From an uncultured Gammaproteobacteria bacterium (GTDB taxonomy: Bacteria; Patescibacteriota; Microgenomatia; JALYQM01), in the NCBI GenBank assembly GCA_964535655.1, contig CAZHTP010000003.1:65186-129185 (forward strand): 64,000 nucleotides of DNA. Direction: 5' to 3'. Each line of letters starts with the position of its first letter. Position 1 is the first letter of the stretch. The translations under genes were made by a program, and so were the position numbers. Below, piece after piece: positions 1 to 9,692 of the stretch. The notes beneath the pieces are model-generated. The model did no database searches. It was not told the DNA's origin and saw only the letters and a list, made by a program, of their open reading frames with translations.

Positions 1-2
1 CG

Positions 3-566
3 GAAAAAAACATAACTCCTGAGATAAAGGAATCTAAAAAAATCTCCTCGTATATTGATGCTGTAATTACTTTGCAAATAATACGCTCAGAGGCACGGCG
101 AATTGCCCTCATTTGGATTGATGCTCTACGCCAAGAAATTCGTGCTAAAGTTGGTAATGATATGGCTCACTATACACGCGAAGAAATATTGAAAGACTCA
201 GTTGTTAAGAAAAGTGAAGCAGCAGAAACTAAAGTTGAGCCTAAATCTACTTCAACTGCAATACACGGAAAAGGAATGCCGGTTTCTCCAGGCAAAGTTT
301 GCGGTACGACTCATTATGTGACATCGAGCTTCGAATCAATTCCTTCTGGAACTATTGGTATCTTTCCCAATGCGAGTACTGACTTTACGATTCTATACAC
401 TAAGTGTACCGGAATAATATTTCTTTCAGGAGGTCAGACCTCTCATGGGGCGATAGTGTCACGAGAATTTAATATTCCCTCACTTGTAGATAGTAATGCA
501 GCAGGGATTGCCGAAGGGTCTTTCATGGAAATTGATGGTAAAGAAGGCGAATGGAAGATTCTTTAA
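3..566 (+). CDS. PEP-utilizing enzyme, C-terminal swivelling phospho-His domain (5'-partial)
   Basis: Frame is open from the window start. Contains G.PVSPG and GGQTSHGAIVSREFNIPSLV, the phospho-His motif of the PEP-utilizer mobile domain. Confidence 0.8.
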   Translation, partial: EKNITPEIKESKKISSYIDAVITLQIIRSEARRIALIWIDALRQEIRAKVGNDMAHYTREEILKDSVVKKSEAAETKVEPKSTSTAIHGKGMPVSPGKVCGTTHYVTSSFESIPSGTIGIFPNASTDFTILYTKCTGIIFLSGGQTSHGAIVSREFNIPSLVDSNAAGIAEGSFMEIDGKEGEWKIL

Positions 567-1123
567 AATACCTGGTCGAAAAAATTCAAGAAAAGACGAT
601 TGCCGGAGGTTACATCGGGGAAGGCTTCCGGATGGAATTGTACTCCGTATATCTTTTTATTCGTATGCTTAATGACTTCAATACCATCCTTGGAGATAGC
701 TAACGCCTCAAGTTCTTTGGATACCTCTTTTATTGACCATCGATGGCTTTCATACACGACAAAATTTGTATTTTCTGCAAAAATAGGATCAGGCTTATTC
801 ACTATTATCTGTACAAGCCCTTTTTCTTTTGATTCCATTTTCTCAAGATGTGATCCAAAAGCGAATGCAATTAATTCACAGCCCAAACAAATCCCTAATG
901 TCGGTACATTTAATGATCGGATTATCTTAAGTTCATCTTGATACAATGGTTTATTATAAACAACCGAAAAACTATGCCCTCCACTTAAAATAACAGCATC
1001 AAATTTTTCAACGTTGCAATGGTGAAGATTTCCATAACTGGAAATCTGAAGCGTCCCCTGAGGGATAAGGCTAATCAACTTTTGTAGATAATACGAACCA
1101 TTATCTACGAGCAGAATATTCAT
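563..1123 (-). CDS. Stand-alone class I glutamine amidotransferase (GuaA/TrpG-like)
   Basis: ILLVDNGS, ILSGG, nucleophile elbow LGICLG, and GVQFHPE catalytic His-x-Glu. Confidence 0.9.
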   Translation of the reverse strand: MNILLVDNGSYYLQKLISLIPQGTLQISSYGNLHHCNVEKFDAVILSGGHSFSVVYNKPLYQDELKIIRSLNVPTLGICLGCELIAFAFGSHLEKMESKEKGLVQIIVNKPDPIFAENTNFVVYESHRWSIKEVSKELEALAISKDGIEVIKHTNKKIYGVQFHPEAFPDVTSGNRLFLNFFDQVF

Positions 1124-1191
1124 TTTTTACTTACCTTTTTTTTATTGTACATGAAGAAGCACAATAAGATGAATAGTGGTAGAATACCTGA

Positions 1192-2043
1192 ATGTATAGT
1201 ACGAACTTACAATTACTTGAGGATGTTGTTCGCTTTATCAAGCATCCTAGCTTGACTAAAAGTAACTCAGAAACTCCAGTTGCAATTTTTCGTCGTATTA
1301 TTATCTTAATTTCTTGGCTATATGTTCTCGTTTTCCCTCTTGCAATACTAATCACTGTTCTATTGAAGGCTTTAAATTATTCTGGAGTTAATGCAGTAAA
1401 CCAATTTGCAATGAACGGCAATTTCTGGACGGTGTTATTTTTAGGTGCTTTGGTAGCTCCCCTTATAGAAGAGCTTACCTTTAGATTACCCTTACGTTTT
1501 TCCCCCACTAACTTAGCACTTTCTGGCTTCTTTGCATTACGTATCATTGCATCTTATATTTCCAGACAATATTTTCCTAACGAAAATATTTTTTTATACA
1601 GCTGGATTATTCCCCTTATTTTTGCTGTAGTGTTATTTTCTTTATGCCACTCTTCTCAATGGAAAACTTGGATTACGGGTTGGTATGCTCATAATTTTTC
1701 TATATTTTTTTACGCTCTTACACTATTATTCGGACTTTTGCATATAACTAATTATTCGGATGTTCATAATATCCTTCTTATTATTGTTCTTTTAGGAATT
1801 CCGCAGGTTATTGTTGGTATTGTGCTGGGATATATTCGAATTACTTACGGATTTGGCTACGGGCTTATAATGCATGGCCTCTATAATGCATTTTTACTCG
1901 TCCCCGCTTCCCTTGCTAAAGATCAAACTAATCAGTTCCATTTGATTCTTGGCGGAATAATTGGATTGTTCGTATTTGGTCTGGCTATTTATGGATTTAT
2001 TACTCTAATCTATAATTCCTATACTTTGGTTAAGAAGGCTTAA
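1192..2043 (+). CDS. CPBP (Abi/CAAX) family intramembrane metalloprotease
   Basis: Multi-TM protein with motifs APLIEELTFR, FGLLH and HGLYN. Confidence 0.9.
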   Translation: MYSTNLQLLEDVVRFIKHPSLTKSNSETPVAIFRRIIILISWLYVLVFPLAILITVLLKALNYSGVNAVNQFAMNGNFWTVLFLGALVAPLIEELTFRLPLRFSPTNLALSGFFALRIIASYISRQYFPNENIFLYSWIIPLIFAVVLFSLCHSSQWKTWITGWYAHNFSIFFYALTLLFGLLHITNYSDVHNILLIIVLLGIPQVIVGIVLGYIRITYGFGYGLIMHGLYNAFLLVPASLAKDQTNQFHLILGGIIGLFVFGLAIYGFITLIYNSYTLVKKA

Positions 2044-2606
2044 TTTCCTTGATAGTACTGTCTAGCCTGTCCATCGAGATTCTCCTCGAGATGAGCTATC
2101 ACTTGTTTATGATAGGTCTGGTCGAGGTCAAACATTTTTCCATTCTGTATCTCTTCAGGTAACGATTCTTTATTTTCCTTATGGGAGATAACTTGCAGGC
2201 CTTCTTCTTGTTCCATTAAGGACAAGGAAATAGGGGTATTGAGAATATTTCCTTTATCAATTTTACCATCTTGTTTTATTCTTTCTTCAATTAGAGCCCA
2301 TACATACACTTCAGTCATCCCTTCTTTTTCATCTTTTCCCATAATTTCGTACGCTGCAAATACTTTGCCAAGTTTTGAAGTGACTCCAAGGTTATTGATT
2401 AAATACTGTTTTATGAGGTCAGTATCTTGACTGGCCGCATCAAGAACTTCGGGGCTCGGTTGTACCGAAGCTTTTGAGAAGGCGATTGCGGCCACGGGAG
2501 TAGTGATCGGGGTAGGGGTTACCAATTCTATTTTTGCTTGAGTGGAAGTTGTACAGCCGCAGATGAATAGTGAAAACGCACTTATTATTTGTGCCGTTTT
2601 TTTCAT
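2040..2606 (-). CDS. Hypothetical exported protein, possible lipoprotein
   Basis: Basic N-terminus, hydrophobic stretch, lipobox-like ICGC, and a Pro/Thr-rich linker. Confidence 0.6.
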   Translation of the reverse strand: MKKTAQIISAFSLFICGCTTSTQAKIELVTPTPITTPVAAIAFSKASVQPSPEVLDAASQDTDLIKQYLINNLGVTSKLGKVFAAYEIMGKDEKEGMTEVYVWALIEERIKQDGKIDKGNILNTPISLSLMEQEEGLQVISHKENKESLPEEIQNGKMFDLDQTYHKQVIAHLEENLDGQARQYYQGN

Positions 2607-2654
2607 AGATTTCTCTATTATAATTCATTACTTTGCATGATATGATAGTGACTT

Positions 2655-3332
2655 ATGCAAAATAGATATCTTCTTATTGATTTTGATAGTACTTTTGTTC
2701 AGATTGAAGCGCTTGATGAACTCGCTACAATTGCATTGGCGGACGTGCCTAATAGAGAAATGATCGTATCACAGATTAAAGCAATAACCAACCGGGGTAT
2801 GGATGGAGAAATAACCTTTCAAGAGTCGCTTATTCGCCGTCTATCATTATTTAAGATATCTCACCTGCATATTTCACAGTTAGTGACATTATTGCTTTCT
2901 AGTATTACCCCTTCGTTTATAGAAAATAAATCATTTATCCAGAATAATGCAGAAAAAATCTATATTATTTCTGGTGGTTTTAAAGAATACATTCTTCCAA
3001 TTGTCTCGACTTTTAACATACCGTCTGATCATGTTATGGCAAACACATTTTTATTTCAGGACGACTATGTAACGGGGTTTGATACTGACAATCTACTCTC
3101 TCAGGAGAATGGAAAGGCGAAACAAGTAGCAGCCCTTAATTTCAAGGGTGAGGTTATAGTTTTGGGAGACGGTTTTACTGATTATCAGATACGAGCACAG
3201 GGATTGGCTGATAAATTTTTTGCGTTTACTGAAAACGTCTCCCGTGATACCGTTATTAATAAAGCCGACTCGGTTATCTCAAATTTTGGCGATGCTATAG
3301 ACTATGTAGCACGTCCAGACGTCTGTAAATGA
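2655..3332 (+). CDS. serB: HAD-IB phosphatase, phosphoserine phosphatase-like
   Basis: DFDSTF motif I, ITNRGMDGEITFQESL, ISGGF, K, and GDGFTD motif IV. Confidence 0.75.
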   Translation: MQNRYLLIDFDSTFVQIEALDELATIALADVPNREMIVSQIKAITNRGMDGEITFQESLIRRLSLFKISHLHISQLVTLLLSSITPSFIENKSFIQNNAEKIYIISGGFKEYILPIVSTFNIPSDHVMANTFLFQDDYVTGFDTDNLLSQENGKAKQVAALNFKGEVIVLGDGFTDYQIRAQGLADKFFAFTENVSRDTVINKADSVISNFGDAIDYVARPDVCK

Positions 3333-3336
3333 ATTG

Positions 3337-3753
3337 TTAGATTTCAAGATCTGGATATACTATATGCCATAGACCTGAAATAACTTCTTCAGGTTTGTAA
3401 TAAAAAACATATAGGCGCCTCCTTTCTTTTAAGATGCTTTCGTTCCCGGTATCTTTGTCCGAGATTATTCTGAAACCTTCCCAAGGTTGTGCTGCACTTT
3501 GCGAGCGAATTACTCTTCCTTCGCTGTTCTTATACACTAATTCATCTCCTACCTTCACCGTAATTTCAGGGGCATACACTACTCTTGGGCCGCCTTTTTT
3601 TGTTTTGACGCTAATTTCGCTACCAATACCGTATGTTATAGTTTCGGTTTGACCACTGGAGTGCTGGCGAAGCCATAACCCTTCGGCTGTTCCATTATTG
3701 TTTATGATCTGAATATCTGTAAACTTGGTGCGTGGGATAAGCTCTGTTAGAAT
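3337..3753 (-). CDS. Hypothetical protein (start uncertain)
   Basis: The frame of track ORF 3337..3579 stays open to 3774. SD-like GAAAGGA (3765-3759) precedes ATT (3753) and CTA (3750). Confidence 0.45.
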   Translation of the reverse strand: MLTELIPRTKFTDIQIINNNGTAEGLWLRQHSSGQTETITYGIGSEISVKTKKGGPRVVYAPEITVKVGDELVYKNSEGRVIRSQSAAQPWEGFRIISDKDTGNESILKERRRLYVFYYKPEEVISGLWHIVYPDLEI

Positions 3754-3936
3754 ACACGTCCTTTCTAACAGGTTTTACTGACTTTTCGTTTTATAGAGAG
3801 AGGCAAATCAACACTCACCTACCACTATGACCCGAATAATGTAAAACTTGTTTTATGTTTATTTAATATGACTTAAGCTTAACGTGTTTTTCAGTTGAAC
3901 ACAAGCTCATATTCAGACAAACAAAATGTTATATCG

Positions 3937-5703
3937 TTAATATATTTCGTAATTCTCCAGTAATTTTTTATTACCTTCAATCTGATAACGTAATAAATCA
4001 GAATAGAGCCCAGGACGCTGTGCAAGCTCCCCTGGCTTGCCGTAATCGACAATAGTGCCGTGATCCAAAACAATTACTTTGTCAACGTTCTGGATGGTTG
4101 AGAAGCGGTGGGCAATAATTAACACCAGCTTATCTTTCATCATATTTTCAAGCGCTTCCTGTACTTCCTTTTCCGATTTAGCATCCAGAGAAGACGTGGC
4201 TTCGTCGAGAATGAGGATTGGAGATTTTTTAAGAATTGCCCGGGCTATTTGTATACGCTGTTTTTGCCCTCCAGAAAGGCGGACACCGCGTTCGCCTATT
4301 TCTGAATCTAGTCCTTGAGGAAGCTTTGTTACAAAGTCGTACGCATTGGCCATTTTTAGCGCTTCGTTAATTTCTTCTTCTGATGTATTACCACCGTAAG
4401 AAACATTTTCACGAATATTTGAAGAAAACAATTCATTTTCCTGAAAAACTAAGGCAATGTTATTGCGAATACTTTGATAGTTTATATCTTTGTATTTTTT
4501 GTCTTTTAATAAAATTATCCCTTCCGTTGGCTCATAAAACTTGAGGATTAGGTTGACAATGGTAGACTTCCCTGCTCCGCTGTGCCCCACCAGTGCAATT
4601 TTTTCATTCTCGTAAATTTTGAATGAGGCGTTCTTTAAGACAAGATCGGATTTATCATATTTGAAACTAACATTATTAAACTCAATAGATGGTGAACTTA
4701 TCTTCTCAATCTGTGCATTTGAATCGAACTCTTCTCTCGAATCAAGTTCGAGGATTTCAAAGAACTCTTTTGATCCGCTTTCTGCTGTTTGTACCTGTGT
4801 TAAGATAAATGACATTGCAAAAAGTGGCCTGCGTGCTTGATTAATTAATTGAAGAATCAAGACCATTTCACCTATAGTTAAGAAGCCTTTAAAGGTATTA
4901 ATGAAGACAATGATGTTGATTATGAGAAGAATGACATTCAAACTTATATTGCGCAGAAAATCAAAAATGTGAAAGGTGTTGCTTTGGCGAGCGTATATTT
5001 TGTTTACTTCTGTCAAATTGTTACTGACAATACCGTATTCAACTTTTTCAGTGTTAAAACTTTTGACAACTTTAATATTGCCGATAACTTCTTGAATGCG
5101 TCCGCGATTAGTATCTTCGAGTTTATTTTTTGCTTCTTCTTCGCGACCCCACACCTTGGTGGAGCGGGTGCTCAAGTAGAGGTAAATAGGGAAAAGAGCA
5201 AAAGTTAATGCTGCGACTGAGAGGCTATAGTACGCAAGAACTACGATCGTAAAGATGCTTTGCAGGAAGGTAGGTAGAATAAAATTAGTTGAGGTGTTTA
5301 TAAACTGTTGAATTGACTGGATACCGCGATTGAGTTGGTTAACAATTTTACCGGATAGTTCGGAATCGAAATAATTTTGAGAAAGTGTTAACACTTTACG
5401 ATAGAATTTCTCAGTTAAGAATTTACGTAATTTACCAGCAAAGTGGTCGCCTAGTCTTTCGGAAATTGATCCAAAAATAGTACTAATGACACTTGCTCCA
5501 AAGGCTAATCCTAGATACAGAATAAGGTTACTATAGTTGCCATTACTACTTTGGACGTTTTTTACAACTTCGTCGACTATATATTTGGAGAGAATCGGTG
5601 TTACTAAATCGAGTAAGGCACCCGCAAGAATCAAAAAAGCGATGATACCAATAAGGCTATATAAAGGGCGAGCTATTCTGATTATTTTTCCGATATTCTT
5701 CAT
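3937..5703 (-). CDS. ABC exporter, fused TMD+NBD (MsbA/NdvA-like)
   Basis: N-terminal TM domain; Walker A GHSGAGKS, signature LSGGQKQR, Walker B ILILDEATS, and IAHR. Confidence 0.95.
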   Translation of the reverse strand: MKNIGKIIRIARPLYSLIGIIAFLILAGALLDLVTPILSKYIVDEVVKNVQSSNGNYSNLILYLGLAFGASVISTIFGSISERLGDHFAGKLRKFLTEKFYRKVLTLSQNYFDSELSGKIVNQLNRGIQSIQQFINTSTNFILPTFLQSIFTIVVLAYYSLSVAALTFALFPIYLYLSTRSTKVWGREEEAKNKLEDTNRGRIQEVIGNIKVVKSFNTEKVEYGIVSNNLTEVNKIYARQSNTFHIFDFLRNISLNVILLIINIIVFINTFKGFLTIGEMVLILQLINQARRPLFAMSFILTQVQTAESGSKEFFEILELDSREEFDSNAQIEKISSPSIEFNNVSFKYDKSDLVLKNASFKIYENEKIALVGHSGAGKSTIVNLILKFYEPTEGIILLKDKKYKDINYQSIRNNIALVFQENELFSSNIRENVSYGGNTSEEEINEALKMANAYDFVTKLPQGLDSEIGERGVRLSGGQKQRIQIARAILKKSPILILDEATSSLDAKSEKEVQEALENMMKDKLVLIIAHRFSTIQNVDKVIVLDHGTIVDYGKPGELAQRPGLYSDLLRYQIEGNKKLLENYEIY

Positions 5704-5706
5704 TAC

Positions 5707-6630
5707 CTATGTCCAAAATCCACTTTTTAACTGAGTTAAAGAAAAGGGCACTTCAACTGTTTGGGTATCACCAACATTAGTAAATAGAGTCAGTTTATCT
5801 TCATTAGTGTCGCTATGGATTACCCCTCCGCAGGAATACACCACTCTTCTCGCCTCTGGATGCAATTCATCAATAATTGACTTACCTTCAGACATAAAAT
5901 CATCAGGAGTTAAAATTGGCACGGGGTCAATCTCAACCTTGTATGTACCGTTAGTTTTGAAAAGTTTTGATCTTCCTAAAGAATAGACATATTTATTGTT
6001 TTTTATAGTAATGCCATGAACCAACATTAGTGCTTCATTTTCGTTCACCCAGACCGGCGGCATTGTGGTACCAATTCTCCACTCGGCCCACGGGATATCT
6101 TCTGAAAACTGCAACTCTCCGGCAATATCTATTTTTCCCTGGTTTTGAACTAAAACATATAGTTTGTGACTGTTATGTTCGCCGTCCTTACGGAAAAAGA
6201 ACGTATTTTCATCGATTGGCGTTAAGTTTTTTCCTGGCCCAAACTCGGTAAATACCTGCGGCTCTGGTAGATCTTGCTTCCAATCGGATGAATTTAAGGT
6301 CATTATTGCAGGGTACGGCAAGTATTCATTGTCTTTTTTTAAAACTGCTGTCATGCCAAGAATTACTGTTTTATCAGGTAATACAATTGCACGAGGATCC
6401 TCAAGATGCAACTCATCATTTTTTGGCCTCCAAACGACTCTTTCGTGAATCACTTTTCCCTCATTATTTATTTCAATGAGTACCAGTGTCCCTTTGTCGG
6501 GCTCACCCTTCTTACCGGCTTGCTTTACTTCACGAGGTAATAAAAAAATATGTCCCGTTTCACTATCTCGCCATGCTGCGGCATTAAAGCGATTTATTAA
6601 TTTTTGGGAAAATAAATACGTATTTCTCAT
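5707..6630 (-). CDS. GH130-like beta-propeller glycoside phosphorylase/hydrolase
   Basis: FNAAA, LEDPR, GKN, W...RIG..MPP, LMLVHG, YSLG and VVYSCGG motifs. SD GAGGAG lies 7 nt before ATG 6630. Confidence 0.75.
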   Translation of the reverse strand: MRNTYLFSQKLINRFNAAAWRDSETGHIFLLPREVKQAGKKGEPDKGTLVLIEINNEGKVIHERVVWRPKNDELHLEDPRAIVLPDKTVILGMTAVLKKDNEYLPYPAIMTLNSSDWKQDLPEPQVFTEFGPGKNLTPIDENTFFFRKDGEHNSHKLYVLVQNQGKIDIAGELQFSEDIPWAEWRIGTTMPPVWVNENEALMLVHGITIKNNKYVYSLGRSKLFKTNGTYKVEIDPVPILTPDDFMSEGKSIIDELHPEARRVVYSCGGVIHSDTNEDKLTLFTNVGDTQTVEVPFSLTQLKSGFWT

Positions 6631-6726
6631 TGGGCAGCTCCTCAGGAGAATTGTAGATTTATAGTTGAATGTTAATTTAGCCACATACCTTACCAGTTGT
6701 AAAGGGGTTCATGTTGCGTTTTGCTA

Positions 6727-7710
6727 TTAAATAAACGGATTTGGTAATTTAATTGTACCAATTCTCGCATCGCTAAGCCCTGCATATAGAATCACTGAGT
6801 CTTCTTCGATAAATTCTAAACTTCCTGGAAAGACGACGTCTTCTAACCATTCTGTCTTGGCTGGCCCCACTTCAAAATTCCCTCTAACGGCAATTACTTT
6901 AGGAGATATACGCATATTATGCTCATCACTTACATTATCTGGATCAAAACTATAGACTATTGCAGCGTAATGCAAGTACCCTTCTTCATCTTTATGAGCG
7001 ATATGCCCCAACACATCGATTCGCTCAGCACCATTTTCGTTTTTATGTACATATAATTCATTAGAACCTATCCATCCATTGGCATCAATTTGATTGATAA
7101 AAAGATGCTCAGGTTCATGTGCCTTTTCTTCTATCTCATACAAATTATTGACGACAATCACACCAATTTGTCCTTTATTATAATTGCCACCTTGAGGGCG
7201 AACGCATACAATAATTTTTTTATCTTCGCACTGCACAAGGCGAATATCTTTCATATCACGAATAGAAAGAAATGGTTCAGGAGATAACGTCTGGATGGAG
7301 GTACCTTTAAAGAACTGAGTTACTATGGTGGGAGGATTGGTTGAACGATCAAGGGTTACCCCTCCAACCACCAACGTTCGATTTCCTTGTTCGTCCTCAA
7401 TCCACGCAGAAAAAGGATCCTCATGGAGTTTGAATACTGGCGCATTTGTTACTTGCACCCAGTTACCTGAAGCAGATTCTTCATAAAATCTAATTTCGGG
7501 ATCATACGACTCTTCATCGAGCCAAAAGCTTTCGGGTGACTCAATTCGGATTGCTAAATATTTTTTCCCATTATCTATTACAAGCGCAGGGTTGTATACG
7601 TCTTTTCCTTCGGAATTATTAACGGTAATGATTTTACCCCGCTCATCGTGTTCGTGCATGCGTATCATCCGAACCAAAGAGGAATAATCATTTTTTAGTT
7701 CTGTACTCAT
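6727..7710 (-). CDS. DUF1861 / GT108 (MTP-like) mannosyltransferase-phosphorylase
   Basis: DVYN, EDPF, LVVGGV, MKDIRLV, RPQG...GQIG, WIGSNE, VLGHIA, DVVFPG and LYAGLSDA are characteristic of DUF1861. Confidence 0.75.
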   Translation of the reverse strand: MSTELKNDYSSLVRMIRMHEHDERGKIITVNNSEGKDVYNPALVIDNGKKYLAIRIESPESFWLDEESYDPEIRFYEESASGNWVQVTNAPVFKLHEDPFSAWIEDEQGNRTLVVGGVTLDRSTNPPTIVTQFFKGTSIQTLSPEPFLSIRDMKDIRLVQCEDKKIIVCVRPQGGNYNKGQIGVIVVNNLYEIEEKAHEPEHLFINQIDANGWIGSNELYVHKNENGAERIDVLGHIAHKDEEGYLHYAAIVYSFDPDNVSDEHNMRISPKVIAVRGNFEVGPAKTEWLEDVVFPGSLEFIEEDSVILYAGLSDARIGTIKLPNPFI

Positions 7711-7713
7711 AGC

Positions 7714-8727
7714 TCACCTAACTATCTTTTTATATACTGTAACATACCCTGAGATCATCTTGTCGATTGAAAATAGTCCTTCTCCGTATGCTCGGCAGGC
7801 GTGATTATCAATTTTGTCGATCTCTGCAATTCGTTGAACTGCTTCGTCAACTGTGTCAATTATTATTCCGGAAACCTGATCTTTTACCAATTCAGGCATC
7901 GATCCTCTTCTATTGGCAATTACCGGTGTTCCGCTGGCAATAGCTTCGGCAACCGATAAACCAAATGGCTCTTCCCATTCGAGTATAGAGATGTAGGCGC
8001 GTGCTCGAGCAACTTTCTCATGGACTTCAAGCTGACTTAATTCTCCGAGATAGACAATAGATGTTCCATCAAGATGGGGCTTTATTGCTTTTTCAAAATA
8101 CTGCGGATCGTCGATTGTTCCAGCAATTAATAATGGCGTTGTCGTTTGCTGAGCCAATGCTATTGCATGATGAATACCTTTTTGCACACATATACGAGAT
8201 GCCGTTATAAAATAATTTTCTTTTGGAGAAACGGTTTTAAACGTTTCAAAATTAATTCCATTGTAGACTGTAGCTACATAATTAAGATCGGGCTTATACG
8301 CTCTCATGGCGTTGGAAATAGAAACGAAATTACTATTTTTATATTGGTCATAAATAAATTTAGCCTGATCTTCCATTCCATGAAGGGTTGTAACAAAAGG
8401 AAGATTACTTGAGCTTAATCCTAAAAATCCGTACCAGTTTAAATTATTATGGATAATGTCGAATTTTTCGGTTTGTAGATGATTCAACACTTGAGAAATA
8501 TGGTGTAACTCATACGGAAAGCGATACTTTTCTTGCAGCTCAGAAGTAGTGTTGGGAACAGTAGCGTGTATTTTAAAAGAGCCAGATGTTTGATTTGTCG
8601 CAAATACTGTGACGTCATGTCCTTTTTGATGCAATCCTTCGGCTAACGTATATACAACCTTTTCCCAAGGGCCATAGCCACGAGGTGGAATCGGGTGAGA
8701 TATTGGGGCAAGGATTCCTATTTTCAT
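7714..8727 (-). CDS. GT4 glycosyltransferase
   Basis: MKIGILAP..HPIPPRGYGPWE, VTTLHG, VYNGI, WEEPFGL..AEA.ASGTPVIA..RGSMPE. Confidence 0.93.
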   Translation of the reverse strand: MKIGILAPISHPIPPRGYGPWEKVVYTLAEGLHQKGHDVTVFATNQTSGSFKIHATVPNTTSELQEKYRFPYELHHISQVLNHLQTEKFDIIHNNLNWYGFLGLSSSNLPFVTTLHGMEDQAKFIYDQYKNSNFVSISNAMRAYKPDLNYVATVYNGINFETFKTVSPKENYFITASRICVQKGIHHAIALAQQTTTPLLIAGTIDDPQYFEKAIKPHLDGTSIVYLGELSQLEVHEKVARARAYISILEWEEPFGLSVAEAIASGTPVIANRRGSMPELVKDQVSGIIIDTVDEAVQRIAEIDKIDNHACRAYGEGLFSIDKMISGYVTVYKKIVR

Positions 8728-9692
8728 AGATTATTATATTCAAATGCAGCCCATAGAAAAACTATCGTTGATTCCGCACCATAATTAGTGCTTATTCCTG
8801 ACTCATCGATCCCGTCGGCACATGCATACTCGGAATTAATAAGGCTTTGTTTCATGATATTATTTCCAAAAAACCAATCATACCACTCAGAAGCGGCAAT
8901 TTTATACTGTTCATCCTTAAAGAAAGTATACGCTTTAATAAGCATAAGAACCATATAAGCGGCATCAATTGGTTGTTGCCCATATAGATCGCGAGTATTG
9001 CTTCCAATGGTTTGCCATTCTCGGTTTCCTACCGGGGCAGGCATACCATCAACCCGACAGTACTTCTCCAAGGTTTCAATAGACCTTTTTATACAATCTT
9101 TGGTATCTTGGTTATCGACGGAGAACTCTTCTTCATAGGTCAAAAGAGCATACGAGATAATAGCATTGGCATAGGTAAGGGTGTCTTCAAACCAGTATGT
9201 ATCATGATTAAACTGCTCAAGTATTTTATTCGCTAACAGGTCGGCTTTTTCTTTATCATGCAATAAACAGGCTGCGATAAGGCTATAACTATTCGCACGG
9301 ATGAACGGTGAACTTAGTATAATAGAGGTATTAATTTTTGCTAAAATTTCTTGTGCTTTAACTGGAAATATATTTTTATTGATACAGTATGCTAGTGCCC
9401 AATAGGCAAGCGCAAAGGCATCGTCTGATGCAGGGTACGTTCGAGTCGTTTTATCGGCATGGAAGAACCCAATTAGTAGACCTTCTTTTACTGATAGCTC
9501 GATATACTTTAAACATATATCAGCACGAACTAAATCATTGTAGAGGATGAAAACGATTAACCCGCGGGCTGAATCGTCCAGCGCGTATCCTTCATTTGAC
9601 AAAATCTTGCCATTCTCATGATGTTGCCATATGCCAAATTGATCGGTTATCGCTAACAGGTGCGTCAACTTGGGTAGTGTGTTCTTTGTCAT
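8724..9692 (-). CDS. (alpha/alpha)-barrel protein matching the C-terminal domain of long GT4 glycosyltransferases
   Basis: TDQFGIWQH, GYALDDSARGL, WFEDTLTYANA, QQPIDA, WFFGNN, CADG and NYGAEST. Confidence 0.75.
   Translation of the reverse strand: MTKNTLPKLTHLLAITDQFGIWQHHENGKILSNEGYALDDSARGLIVFILYNDLVRADICLKYIELSVKEGLLIGFFHADKTTRTYPASDDAFALAYWALAYCINKNIFPVKAQEILAKINTSIILSSPFIRANSYSLIAACLLHDKEKADLLANKILEQFNHDTYWFEDTLTYANAIISYALLTYEEEFSVDNQDTKDCIKRSIETLEKYCRVDGMPAPVGNREWQTIGSNTRDLYGQQPIDAAYMVLMLIKAYTFFKDEQYKIAASEWYDWFFGNNIMKQSLINSEYACADGIDESGISTNYGAESTIVFLWAAFEYNNL

Noticed and set aside
3-566. Rifampin phosphotransferase call for the PEP-utilizer fragment
   Set aside because: Only the phospho-His domain is visible. 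It is shared by many PEP-utilizing proteins, so the assignment cannot be supported.
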